Assembly (NCBI RefSeq): GCF_001194135.2
Contig: NC_068983.1
Coordinates: forward strand, 31,879,858 to 31,943,857
DNA from: Octopus bimaculoides
Lineage: Eukaryota
Length of the DNA: 64,000 bases
Direction: 5' to 3'
Part shown: in pieces, positions 39,087 to 51,485 of the stretch
Position numbering within the stretch: the stretch's first letter is position 1
Layout of the letters: every line of letters starts with the position of its first letter
Made by a program: the position numbers and the translations under genes
Notes under the pieces: model-generated
The model's input: the letters and a program-made list of their open reading frames with translations, nothing else
What the model was told of the DNA's origin: nothing
Database searches by the model: none

Positions 39087-40734
39087 GTAAGTAATTCCAA
39101 AGTTTACACTAATTTCTATTGTGGGGAATGGGGTTGAGGACTTGAAACTTTTATTTTGATTATTTCTTTAAAGAAAATGTGTGGCATCAGAAGCAACATC
39201 AACAACTGCAAGTCTCACAGGTGATGACTATGATTGTTGTTACAGCTGTTTCCAGCACACCACTTATTAGATTTCCAAACACAGCCAAAAGAGAAGCTTC
39301 AGAGGCCAACAATGTAGGATACCAAGAAAGTAAGAGATCTCCTTCAGTACAGGACCATCTAGAGCTCTTCCTCTTGAGGTTATAGGGCAGAGCATAGCAT
39401 AAAGAAATATGAGAAACCATCAGAGATAGTGAAGAAGAAAAAGAGGGAGAACAAAAGTAAAAGAATGTGTTTTGTATAAAACCAAGTAGGCTACTTTAGA
39501 TCCCAACAGAAGAATCCTTGACTGATACAAATGCTGAAGGAGGGGCTATGTGCTGCTGATGGAAGAAGAGAACGAAAACACTTACGTTGACATAAAAATC
39601 ATTAAAATGATATCTTTTTAGTGGAAACCCACACCAGAAGCCTATTGGCAACTGGATATGAGCTACAGAGAGGGTTTGGGAGATTTTGGAGGTTGGCCTA
39701 AAAACTGACAAGCAATTTTAAAAAGCAGTGTGCAGAATGTGATTATAACTAAAGTAAGAGTCATGTAATGGCCTAATCTTTACTAAGTGGTGGGTGCTTC
39801 TTATCGCTGTTCAAGTGGGTTACCCCACTTTTTTTTTTTTTACTTAATTCCTAATCTAAATATATTGTTTTTGCCCCACCCACTCTTTATCTTATACATA
39901 TTTTGTAATTGCTTTTCATATGGCATATTTGATATAGTAAATATTGATTGATCTTTGTGACCATCATCATCATCATTATTATTAAGGCGGTGAGCTGACA
40001 ACCGTTAGCTCAGCAGGCAAAGTGCTTGATGGCATTTCACCCATCACTGTGTTCTCAGTTCAAATTTTGCCAGGGCCAACTTTGCTTTTCCTCCTTTTGG
40101 GGTTATGCCAAAACATTGCAGCCTTTAAAACCTCCATGCTTCCTGAAATTCACCAACACTACACCTGATATCCTCCATATACATGTGTGCATGCATATGA
40201 ATGCATGCACACATGTATATTATAACTCATACTCTGACTTTTGTACATAATTCTATGTACTGTACATGCACCTTTGATGAGTTGTAGTGCACCTGAGCAC
40301 TATACACAATGATTTCATAATTATTATTATCATAAAATAAATACCAGCTGAGTATTGGAGTTGATGTAATTTACTTGTTCCCTCCCCCAAAATTGCTGAC
40401 CTTGTGTCAAAATTTGAAACCATCATCATCTTCATCGTCATCGTCATCATCATTATTATTTATGCGGCGAGCTGGCAGAATCATTCATGTGCCAGATGAA
40501 ATGCTTTGCAGTAATTTACCCATTGCTACATTCTGAGTTCAAATTCTGCCAAGGTCGACTTTACCTTTCATCCTTTCAGGGTCGATAAAATGAGTACCAG
40601 TTGAGTGCTGGGGTTGATATAATCGACTCATCCCCGCCCCCAAAATTACTGCCCTTGTAGCAAAATTTGAAACCATTGTTGTTACTTTACTATTATTATT
40701 ATTATCATCATCATCATCATCTTTTCTGTTGCAG

Positions 40735-40827
40735 ATGTCGAGGGCAGCTGGTGAAGCTATGGTGGAATATTCTTTGGCTGATATTATCTATCATATTGAA
40801 AATGAAGGAAACACACCTGAATTTTGA
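40735..40827 (+). CDS. ASH2L: ASH2L last coding exon (DPY30-binding SDI helix), MSRAAGEAMVEYSLADIIYHIENEGNTPEF*
   Basis: cttttctgttgcAG acceptor, TGA at 40825-7. Matches recalled [22 protein letters not shown]. Confidence 0.93.
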   Translation: MSRAAGEAMVEYSLADIIYHIENEGNTPEF

Positions 40828-41080
40828 TATTTACATTTTCATTTAGTCAAAGATTTCACCCAGGAATACTATTTCAGTTAGTTACCTGATCTTAGGCTAC
40901 CATTATTTCATGTTTTTTTTCCATATCATTATTATTTTTATTATTATCATTATTATTATAATTATTTAAGTATTAATATTTTACTGGAGTCAGTCTAAAG
41001 AGAAAAATGCCTTAGATATAACTGAAAAATGTTTCATGACTTATCAGGTTGCTAGGATGTCACTGGAAACTAACTTTATG

Positions 41081-41086
41081 AATAAA
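41081..41086 (+). terminator. Candidate ASH2L polyadenylation signal AATAAA
   Basis: First AATAAA I found downstream of the stop (~250 nt), followed by a GT-rich stretch (gtgtgtc). A similar context occurs in a repeat at 29591, so support is weak. Confidence 0.3.
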
Positions 41087-41747
41087 GTGTGTCAAGTGAG
41101 AGACAAGTTAACATACCAGCACAGCAGAGGCCATCACTCACTTAGCTATTTACAACAGCTAGAAACCACAGATATGAAGCAATGAGTAAAGCAAAAAGCT
41201 ACAACGGGGAATCAAAGTCAAAGCTGTTGCTTGTCATCTTTAAAAAATGTCATTTTCTTGGATGTACATGATTCAAAGCATCAAATATTTTTCATTAAAA
41301 ACAAATTTTTTTAATTTTTTTATAATTTTCTCATCTTTTAAAAATGTGTTTTTTCCATTGTTTTAATTGTTTTTCTGTTTAACAAATCATATGAAATATT
41401 TCCCAAATATTTTACTCTTTAGCTATTAAATTATTTTTAAAAAATTTTTATGTTATTGTCATCATCATCATTATTATAAAGTCCTTTTTTTTTTTCTTGC
41501 TTGCATAGACTGAATACATTGTCTCCAATACACTTGTTGCAGTCTTTTGTTATCCTCTTCCACATATTCGTTCCACTTGGATTGCTTGATACTTCTTTAT
41601 CCAAGCACATCATATCTCCCTTCTAGATCAGTCCTCTCTCTCTCTCTCTCTCTCCATATATATATATATATATATATATGTATGCTTGTTGTTTATGCAC
41701 CTGTCTTCGTCTTTTGTTTTTCTGTAAATTTCAACTATATGTATATA

Positions 41748-43590
41748 TCATCATCATCATCATCATTGTTTAACGTCCGCTTTCCATGCTAGCTTGGGTT
41801 GGACAATTTGACTGAGGACTGGCAAACCAGATGGCTGCACCAGGCTCCAATCTGATCTGGCAGAGTTTCTACAGCTGGATGCCCTTCTTAACACCAACCA
41901 CTCCGAGAGTGTAGTGGGTGCTTTTACATGCCACTGGCACGAGGGCCAGTCAGGCAGTATTGGCAACAACCACGCTCAAATGGTGTTTTTTACATGCCAC
42001 CAGCACAGGAGTCAGTCCAGCAGCACTGACGACCTCGCTCAAATGCTTTTTCATGTGCCAGTAAGGTGACACTGGTAATGATCATGCTCAAATGGTGCTA
42101 TTTACATGCCACCGGCACGGAAGCCAGACAGCTACTCTGGCAGTGATCACGCTTGGGCAGTGCTGTTAGCGCTCCACTGGCACGCGTGCCAGTCATCAAA
42201 TTTGATTCAATTACGATTTCAATTTCACTTGCCCCAACAGGTCTTCACAAGCAGTTTAATGTCCAATGAAGGAAAGGTTGGCATGGGTGCCAGTCATCGA
42301 ATTTGGTTCGATTTCGATTTCACTTGCCTCAACAGGCCTTCACAAGCAGAGTTTAGTGTCCAATGAAGGAAAGGTACACATAAGTGGGCTGGTTACACCC
42401 CTGGCAAAGGCCATGGATGATGGTCTCACTTGGCCTCTGGGTCTTCTCACGCACAGCATATTTCCAAAGGTCTCAGTCACTAGTCATTGCCTCGGTGAGG
42501 CCTAATGTTCAAAGGTCGTGCTTCACCACTTCATCCCAGGTCTTTCACAGGTTCCCTCAACCACTAGGGCACTTTTTCACACTGCTATCCTCATCCATTC
42601 TCGCCACATGACCAATCGTCTCTCTTGCACACCACAACTGATGCTTCTTAGGTTCAACTTTTCTCTCAAGGTACTTACACTCTGTCGAGTATGTACGCTG
42701 ACATTACACATCCATTGGAGCATACTGGCTTCATTTCTTGCGAGCTTACGCATGTCCTCAGCAGTCATGGCCCATGCTTCACTGCCATGTAGCATGGCTG
42801 TTTGTACACATGTGTCATACAGTCTGCCTTTTACTCTGAGCGAGAGGCCCTTTATCACCCGCAAAGGTAAGAGTTCTCTGAACATTGCCCAGGCTATTCT
42901 TATTCTAGCAGCCACACTTTCAGCACACCCTCCCCTGCTACTGACTTGGTCACCTAGGTAACGGAAGCTATCAACTACTTCTAGTTTTTCTCCTTGGAAT
43001 GTGGCAGAAGTTGTTTTCTGCACATTTTCAGTGTTTATTGCTCCTGAACATCTGCCACAAACAAAAACTATCTTCCTAGTTAGCCTTCCTTTGATATTGC
43101 TGCACCTTTAATGTGTCCATAGCTTACACTGGGTACATCTTATAGAGTTTCTACCTACACCTTTTCTACAGATCGAGCAGGGCCATCTACCTGAAGGGGT
43201 TTGTGGTTTGTCTACCTTCCTACTTATTAGGACTTTGGTTTCAGCTAGGTTGACTCTAAGGCCCTTTGATTCTAATCCTTGCTTCCACACCTGAAACTTC
43301 TCCTCTAGTTCTGATAGTGACTCAGCCATAGAGGAGCTCCCAAGGGCATCCTGTCTTGAATTCCTGTGTTATTGCCTGGAGGACTATGATAAATAGGAGG
43401 GGGCTGAGGACTGAACCTTGGTGGAACCCTACCTCTACTCGGAATTCTTCACTGTACTTGTTGCCGACACTCACCTTACTGACAGCGTCCCTGTACATGG
43501 CTCGCACAGCTCTCACTTAACCATTCATCTATCCCTAGTTTCCTCATTGACCACCAGATAAGGGATCGGGGGACCCTGTCAAAGGCTTTC
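41748..43590 (-). mobile_element. 5'-truncated RTE-clade LINE (RT C-half, 3' UTR, (GAT)n tail)
   Basis: Minus-strand translation AFIDMEKAFDRVP...HQGSVLSPLLF...GLRVNLAETKV...VDSFRYLGDQV; frameshifted; contiguous with the 3' tail ggaagggcatccagctgtagaaac...gttaaacaatgatgatg. Confidence 0.92.
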
Positions 43591-44749
43591 TCCATGTCAA
43601 TGAAAGCCAGATATATATATATATATCTCACACACACACTACATTTTATTCCCCTTATGTTCAGTTTTTCTCTCAGCTTATTTGTGCTACATCATTTATG
43701 CACACCAACATTACACAACCAACAGAATATGTTTACCTCATTTCCTTCCAGCCTTTACACATCCTCCACAATTAATGTCTAAGTTTTGCTACCATGCAGC
43801 ATTGCACTTTATACAGAAGTACCATACAATCTACCCTGAACCTTTTCCCATCTTGTTCTTACTCTGGCCACTATTCCTTTGGAGCACCCTACTTCAATGC
43901 TGATTTGGTCACCTAGGTAACAGGAACTGTTAACTCCTTCTAAGGAACCTTCTGAGCACTTGGTTGAATATATTTCATGAGTGTTCTTACTACTATTAAC
44001 TATTTGCTTCTGATACTTACAAAATCAGCCTGTTTGTGACCTTATTACACTTCAGTGTAATCTCATAGCTTACATTAGGTGCACTGTATGGTTATGAGTG
44101 TTTTTATTATTGTTGGTTTTTATCTGCCTTAACTTACCATTAAATTACTTTGGCATAAGGATGTAAGTTGAGCATCTGAATTACTGTACTTTATTGATCC
44201 ACAGCAGAATGGTGAGGTACAGTACTCTACACTTTTAATGAACTCCTTGTGCTTTTATTAATTCCTTCCTTAAACTTGGTGCCAATGTTTTAACGGAAAG
44301 GGAGTATAGTGAAATAAATTAACCCCAGTATATTAATGCTACTTATTTTATTGAACATCTTAAGGGTTTCAGTTCCTAATGTCAAGGAACAGAACTGAAT
44401 GATATGGCAAAATATTTAGTCTGACAACCCATTGCACTCAGAATAATGAATATTAATTGACCTGGAGTTGCATTTGTTTAACATGTGATTTGATCTCAAA
44501 ACTAAAGCAATTACAACATTGTAGTCATTAACTACACTGTTAGTATTCATTTTTTTACCTACTTGTTATTTTTGTAGTAATAGTAGTAGTAGTAATCATG
44601 ATAATAATTGTTTTTAATATAGTCATAAGGGGCCTGAAATTTGTGAAGAGGGTTCTGAGGTTGATTCAAATTGATGTAACTCCACCTCCCACCTCCTACA
44701 AATTTCTACTACTGTGCCTATGTAAAATTACTACTACTACTATTATTAT

Positions 44750-45290
44750 TGAGTGAGAGGGCAGTGCATACCATCAAAGTGACACTGGGGTAAAATATAC
44801 AAAGCCCAGTATACCCATTATGACTACTCGTCTGATAAGGGTACACTAGACACATGCATCACAACTATGTGCACGACATGGTGATCTTGTATCAAGATAA
44901 ACAGAGCACGACCTTGCAGGTGAGGCCCAGTTAGAATTTTTTTCAGGTCAAGTAGCTCGTCCCACTCAAAAGGTCCCTGAATAAGAGTTGTTTAAGGATG
45001 TCGAACGAAATACCCATGTTTCCAAAGGTGAATTAGTCAAACCCCCAAAGAATTCCTCTCAACACTACTTCCTCACTACTTCTGCTCATGATCAGAGATG
45101 CACATATCATCAGCCACCAAGGGACTTGCTCAACTGGTTAAGGTCAAACAACTGACAAGCAAATCTGTGGTATTAAGCAGAATATTTGCAGTAGCCCATC
45201 TTTTTTATACCAAGACAAAATAATGTACATGATAACACTTACAATCAGTTAAGATCAGAAGCCATGAGAGCCACTGCCTGGTACTGGTAC
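44750..45290 (-). mobile_element. Interspersed repeat, probably non-LTR retroelement 3' end with (TAA)n tail
   Basis: Complex sequence with higher GC directly following a (tat)n run; no ORF. Family not assignable. Confidence 0.4.
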
Positions 45291-45334
45291 CACTGCTACT
45301 ATTATTATTATCGTTGTTGTTATTGTTATTGTTA

Positions 45335-45375
<41 letters not shown>

Positions 45376-45807
45376 GTGGTTGTTATTACATTGGCAACAC
45401 TATGCTTTATATTATGAGTTCAAATCCTGCCATGGTCAACTGCCTTTCATTCTTTCATGCTCAATAAATAAAATACCAGTCAAGTACTGGCATCGATATA
45501 ATCAACAGTTTCCAACCTCATAAACATTTTGGCCTTGTGCCTGTTAGACATTATTACTATTATTTAAGAAGTGGATGAAAAAAACAAGTGGAGCACTACA
45601 TTTAATACTGTTTAGTTCATCTCTACAGTCTGAGTTCATATCTTACTGTAGTCAACTTTATCTTTCCAAGATTGATAAAGTACCAGTCAAACACTAGGAT
45701 TGATTTAAATTGTCTGTTTTCTCCTCTCAAAATTTCTCACCTTGTGCCTAAGCTAGAGATTATTATTAAAAATATATGGCTATATCTTACTTTCACAAGA
45801 ACAGTGT

Positions 45808-46046
45808 TATTCTTATTTCTTTACTACCCACAAGGGGCTACACACAGAGGGTACAAACAAGGACAGACAAACGGATTAAGTCGATTACATCGACCCCAGT
45901 GCATAACTGGTACTTAATTTATCGACCCCGAAAGGATGAAAGGCAAAGTTGACCTCGGCGGAATTTGAACTCAGAACGTAACGGCCGATGAAATACCGCG
46001 AAGCATTTCGGCCGGCGTGCTAACGGTTCTGCCAGCTCACCGCCTA
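45808..46046 (-). mobile_element. tRNA-like SINE (family C), young copy with 13-bp TSD
   Basis: ACAAGAACAGTGT at 45795-807 and 46047-59; CpG-rich consensus aggcggtgagctggcagaaccgttagc...gagttcaaattccgcc. Decayed copies at ~13250, 22960-23300, 24480-24880, 39985, 40465, 45400-45760, 54700, 58440, 59330. Confidence 0.85.
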
Positions 46047-47865
46047 ACAAGAACAGTGTAATTCTTTGAGACAAAAATGCCAAATTTAAGAACAAGCATG
46101 AAAATTTGATCCTCAAACTTCCATTTTTATCATACTCTCAGTGAATGTCTTTCAACAATTTATACTGCTTTATCCAATTTAGTAACAAGCTCATTGCCAA
46201 CAGAGCTCATTATCTGCTAGTTATTCAGATAGCACATGGAATTTCAGGAAGATTATTAGTATTTGCTGCAAAAAAAGTGTCAACTGAATAGAAGTTTATG
46301 GTTTCTGAGATTTGTGTGGCAATTGAGAACAAACAATCAATATGTTGTGGATATTTGACAAAACTTTCTATCATTACTGTTATTTATAACAGGAAATAAC
46401 CTATAAACCCAGTACTATTAGACAAATAGATATGTGATGTCTGTCATAACTAATTTAAGTTAATCTTCAGTGTTTAATTAGCATTTAGACTAAAACTAGC
46501 ATGTCTTTTCATGATGAACGTAATAAAATGATTTAGGATATATTATTAATAACTTACATATGGTCTTCATTTAAAGATAGCTCGAAGTGTGATTTTGTGG
46601 GGAGAATCAACAGTTACATTGGGATGTATGTGATATGAATATATATGAAATTGAAATATTTCTTGGAAATAAGTTTGAGATTTGCTTAAAGTTTGTTGAA
46701 AAAGATTAACAAGGAAGTATATAAGTGAGGATAAACAAATTGGCAACTTTAAATAAACACATGTTTTATAGCAGATATTTCCTGCACTAAATCTGTTTAT
46801 ATCTGAAGAAAAGAAGAATTTGTTGTTGGCTGTAAATTGTATCATGACCATAGCAGCTAGGAACGAGAACTGTTGCACAATTTACAAATATTTTTATCAC
46901 TTTAACATAAAAAGAAACTGTTCTGGAAATTAAAAAAAAAAAAATTTCTAATTTCAAACTGAGATCTCTTACTTGGAGTTACAAATGAGAGCTTAGAATT
47001 TTGTTTAATCCTTTTTCTGTTTCTTTGTTCAGGTGACCTTAGAGATTTAAGTTCAAGGTGAAATAATTATATTTCTTTCATGTGAGAAACTAGAGTATAT
47101 GTATAATAAGAGCAGAGAGACAAGATAATCTTGCCTTCAGGTTATCTTAACTGTCACCTTCACTTTACATGAGATTGTACATTGAAATAAATATAGCCAC
47201 TCAACAATTCATTGGTCTACATTGGCTTCAATCAGATTGAAAATGAAAACTTAAAAACTTAAAGTGAAATATGTCTGTTTTCTTACAATAGCAAAAGAGT
47301 ACAAATTTGAAGAAAATGCAGACAGTTAATTGATTTGACTCTTAGTATACTGGTACTCATTTTGTTGACTCTCCCAAGGGATAAAAAGTAAGTTAACTTT
47401 AGCATGTTTCAAGCTTCACACTGACATCACTAAATATCACAGGATATTTCTGCCATCTCTGACTGTATGGTTCCTAAGCTCTCTTTGCAACCACATGGTT
47501 TTGGGTTCTGTTCCACTACACAGCACCTTGGGCAAGTGTCTTCTACTATAGTCATGGGCCAACCAATGCCTTGTGAGTGAATTTGTAGGTGAAAACTGTG
47601 TGGAAGCACATTGTGTGTGTGTGTGTCTGTATGCGTTTGTTTACATCTCCATAACTTGGAAATTTGATAAAAGGAGACCAATACCAGACTTTAAAAATAT
47701 GTACTGGGATCAATTTGTTAATAATACTTTTCAAGGCAGTGCTCCAGCATGATCACAGTCCAATGACTGAAACAAATAAAAGATAAAGATATATGTAGGT
47801 ATGGTGGAACAAAGAGGAGAAGTAGAACACAATACATAAGAGTTTATATATTTTGTTCAGCTACA

Positions 47866-47954
47866 AAGTGACTCAAGGACCAAGAGTTTGATGTATTGCA
47901 CTTATCAAATTTGATGTGTGTAATACACAAGACTCTTCAGTCCTTGAGTCACTT
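47866..47954. repeat. Fold-back (imperfect palindrome), probable small MITE
   Basis: aagtgactcaaggac / gtccttgagtcactt perfect 15-bp arms, further inner pairing, central palindrome atcaaatttgat. Confidence 0.8.
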
Positions 47955-48659
47955 ATGTAACTTTATAACTGAATTATATGTGTACACATAAACATTAATA
48001 CATATGCATAGATGCAGCTCATTTGAAATAAAATATCATTTCATAAGTGATAATAAGAATTTAAAATTATCTGAAAAAATTGTCTGTGATAAAAAAATAT
48101 CTGTTAATAAAAATCCTTGTTTCTGGATTGCAATTTCATTCACTATTGTAGTATTTTAATAATTTAAACTTCTGGTGCTTTGTAAAAGTATCTTAAGTGA
48201 CAGTTCTATCTATCAGTTACAGTTGACAACTGCTCTGATTATCTTTTATAAGCTACATATTTAAATTATGTATTGTAATTGCCTGCTTATCCTTACACAA
48301 AAAAATTGTTATTACCATACGTGTCACCCGCACGAAAACGGCCACGCTCGAAATGGTGTCTTTTATGTGCCACCCGCACAAGCCAGTCCAGGAGCACTGG
48401 CAACAATCTCACTCGAATATTATGAATATTATATATGTGTGTGTTGTGTAAAGGTAAGATCCAAGGATCAAGGTGTAGGAAGTTAGTGAGCTTCAAGCAA
48501 TCAGTGGAAGATATGAAAGAAATTTTCAGGAACAGTATTGGTTTATTGGTGCAGAAGATTGTGAAATTTTCCTGTATTGAAGTACGATAAGCTGGGTATC
48601 TCTGCTAGTTATATATACAACAAAGAATAAAAGAGGTAAGAAGTCCATGTGTTAAAAAT

Positions 48660-49060
48660 ATATAGTGAAGGCAATGAACAAAAAGAAAAAGACAACACAA
48701 AAGGGATGGGTTTTAGCAAATGTATTAGTTTAATGCTTAAAAAGGAAGGGAAATAGTCTTAACATTTCAGACGCTAGTCCTTCATCAGAAGAAAAGTAAA
48801 AGAGGCATGAGAAAGGAAAAGTGGTTAAGAAGTGAGAGAGGGAAGAAAACAGTGTGGAAGATAGGGAGCAACGTTGGAATATGGGGTGAGTCAAAAGACG
48901 AGACAGGAGTATAACCATATTTTGAGATGGGTGCTGTGTGTGTGTGATTTTGTGGCAAGTATGGAGGTATAGTGGTGTGATTGCTTGTGCATTTGTGAGG
49001 AAAGTGTGAAAGTAAGGAGGTGGGAGCAGACATGAGTGAGGTAAAATGGATGAAAAGAGA
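48660..49060 (-). mobile_element. ~400-bp hammerhead-bearing repeat, copy 1 (Penelope-derived/retrozyme-like)
   Basis: Aligns in inverted orientation with 49850-50263 on both sides of the ribozyme (ctgctcccacctcctt upstream; ttaaactaatac, tgtgttgtctttt, gttcattgc downstream). Ends approximate. Confidence 0.55.
48757..48792 (-). ncRNA. Minimal type I hammerhead motif (Penelope-like/retrozyme type)
   Basis: UCUU-CUGAUGA-A-GGAC-UAGC-GUCU-GAAA-UG-UU-AAGA: 4-bp helix I, 4-bp helix II, intact core; helix III reduced to A.U plus U.G (likely CpG decay of CG). Confidence 0.65.
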
Positions 49061-49246
49061 AACTTGTTATAAACACCTTAAAACTTCATGCTTACACATC
49101 TATTGGTTGCCTTCTAATTTTCATTTATCAGCTCCTCATTATATGGAATTTTTCTCATTATTTTCACTCACTCCTCTCTCTAAACTTGCTGGTTATTTTT
49201 TTTTTTTTTTTTTTTTTTACATTTTTTTCTCTTTCTTTGTTTTTCA

Positions 49247-49650
49247 GGCGTAGGAGTGGCTGTGTGGTAAGTAGCTTGCTTACCAACCACATGGTTCCGG
49301 GTTCAGTCCCACTGCGTGGCATCTTGGGCAAGTGTCTTCCACTATAGCCTCGAGCCAACCAAAGCCTTGTGAGTGGATTTGGTAGATGGAAACTGAAAGA
49401 AGCCCGTCGTATATATATGTATGTTTGTGTTTGTCTCCCCCAACATCGCTTGACAACCGATAGTGGTGTGTTTACGTCCCCATAACTTAGCAGTTCAGCA
49501 AAAGAGACCAATAGAATAAGTATTAGGCTTACAAAGAATAAGTATTAGGCTTACAAAGAATAAGTCCTGGGGTCAATTTGCTCGACTAAAGGTGGTGCTC
49601 CAGCATGGCCACAGTCAAATGACTGAAACAAGTAAAAGAGTAAAGAGAGT
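49247..49650 (+). mobile_element. tRNA-derived SINE (family B), near-consensus, with 22-bp internal tandem duplication
   Basis: A-box TGGCTGTGTGG, B-box GGTTCAGTCCC, core-like cttgggcaagtgtctt, tail ending (agagtaa)n; agaataagtattaggcttacaa occurs twice. Relatives at ~6130-6430, 47460-47790, 59975-60430. Confidence 0.85.
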
Positions 49651-49849
49651 ATCCCTTTGATTTATAGACTTTACATTAACTTCTATCACATTCCTCCTGA
49701 TCCTCTAAGTACCTCACAGAGCTAAAAAAAATGTTTTTCTTTACACCAGCACTGTAATTTTACCCTCTTGTTCATAATTTTCTTCCACATTACAGCATCT
49801 CACACCCATACCCCTATTTACACTTCTGCCACCCTCTCTACATTCTTCT

Positions 49850-50263
49850 TGCCTTCCCTTTCATCTCACACTTATGCCTGCTCCCACCTCCTTCCATGCC
49901 TTCTTCATACACCACTTAACAATTTCACACTAGCCCATGCCACTACTGTACTTGCATACCCCTGCACACATGCACACTATAAAATCTCACACTCTCCTTG
50001 TCCCTTGTGCCCACACAACTACCCCTAATACCTTGCTCTCCCTCCCTCCCTCTCTCTCTCTCTCTCTCCCCTTAGCTACTTTTCCTCTTTCATACACCTT
50101 TATTTCTATACTTTTCATCTGATGAAAGACTAGCATCCAAAACGTTAAGGTACTTTCTCTTTTGTTTTTTAAGTGTTAAACTAATACGTTATTTGTTAAA
50201 ACTCGTTTCTCCTGTGTTGTCTTTTTTTGTTGTTGTTGTTGTTCATTGCTTTCACTGTGTATG
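49850..50263 (+). mobile_element. ~400-bp hammerhead-bearing repeat, copy 2
   Basis: Diverged inverted paralog of 48660-49060. Ends approximate. Confidence 0.55.
50115..50150 (+). ncRNA. Decayed minimal hammerhead motif, paralog of 48757-48792
   Basis: CUGAUGA-A-AGAC-UAGC-AUCC-AAAA-CGUU-AAGG: G12 replaced by A, helices I and II mismatched. Flanks are homologous to the 48.7-kb copy. Confidence 0.55.
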
Positions 50264-50766
50264 TGTGTTTGTATTGGAAAACAGTATTAAGAACCACTAA
50301 AATACACTTCAACAATAACACAATTACTGAAAATTGTGGGATTGCCTGTCAAGTAGATGACTTTTTTTCCAGGAATCTATTTAGACAATTATATATACTC
50401 GTTTGTATATAACATCCTAGGTTGTAAGTAGGTGACCATTCCACAGACATGTGTACCCTTTAGCACTTAAACTGACCAGATCTGGTCTATCACACTCATC
50501 TTAGAATGTCATTCTAAAAATAAACAACCACCTCCTTGAAATCTCAAAGCTATGAAATGATGCATGATTAATTCAAAATGATGTGAATAAATAGATATTA
50601 CATTTGACAGAATAATCTGAATGTTCAAGGGCTAATGTAATTCTCAAGCAGAATCAACATGACAATGTGTGTCAAGGCCATATCTTTGAATCTAAATTTA
50701 CAATGTATCCAACAGGCTTCTCTACATTTGCTAACTACTTAGTTCCACTCACAAAATATGGGCATG

Positions 50767-50917
50767 GTGGCGTTAGGAAGGGCATCCAGCTGTAGAAACT
50801 CTGCCAAATCAGACTGGAGCCTGGTGTTGCCATCCGGTTTCACCAGTCCTCAGTCAAATCGTCCAACCCATGCTAGCATGGAAAGCGGACGTTAAACGAT
50901 GATGATGATGATGATGA
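50767..50917 (+). mobile_element. RTE 3'-tail fragment (near consensus)
   Basis: ggcgttaggaagggcatcc...gcggacgttaaacgatgatgatg. Confidence 0.85.
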
Positions 50918-51041
50918 TATATATATATATATATATAATAATTTTCCAGAGGATGTAGCAACCGTTACCAATATAGCATAAGAACTTACCTTAGGAGATC
51001 ATTAACTAGATTCCTTAAGGGTCATTCTCACAGTTTATATT

Positions 51042-51485
51042 TATATTATAAGGTTTTTAAACTTTTAAATTTTCATATTCAANNNNNNNNNNNNNNNNNN
51101 NNNNNNNNNNNNNNNNNNNNNNNNNNNNNNNNNNNNNNNNNNNNNNNNNNNNNNNNNNNNNNNNNNNNNNNNNNNNNNNNNNNNNNNNNNNNNNNNNNNN
51201 NNNNNNNNNNNNNNNNNNNNNNNNNNNNNNNNNNNNNNNNNNNNNNNNNNNNNNNNNNNNNNNNNNNNNNNTCTAAAGATTTAATAATAGTTATGTATGT
51301 GTTTTTTCGTGTGTTTTGTTCGAATGGTAACCACTCCTGAAGAAGTGCCAAATGTCTAAATCCAATGGACCAGTCACTGGATAAGTTTGGCACAGAAATG
51401 TTAACATAGAGTGGTGCATAAATCGATATATCGAATTTGAAGTCTCTGTCTCTTTTGAATATGAAAATTTAAAAGTTTAAAAACC

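Noticed and set aside
46567-46878. 103-aa minus-strand ORF with a nearby GTAAGT donor
   Set aside because: No ATG context or homology; stop precedes the donor; composition like background.
49247-49320. tRNA gene
   Set aside because: A/B boxes present but no cloverleaf or acceptor stem; it is a SINE head.
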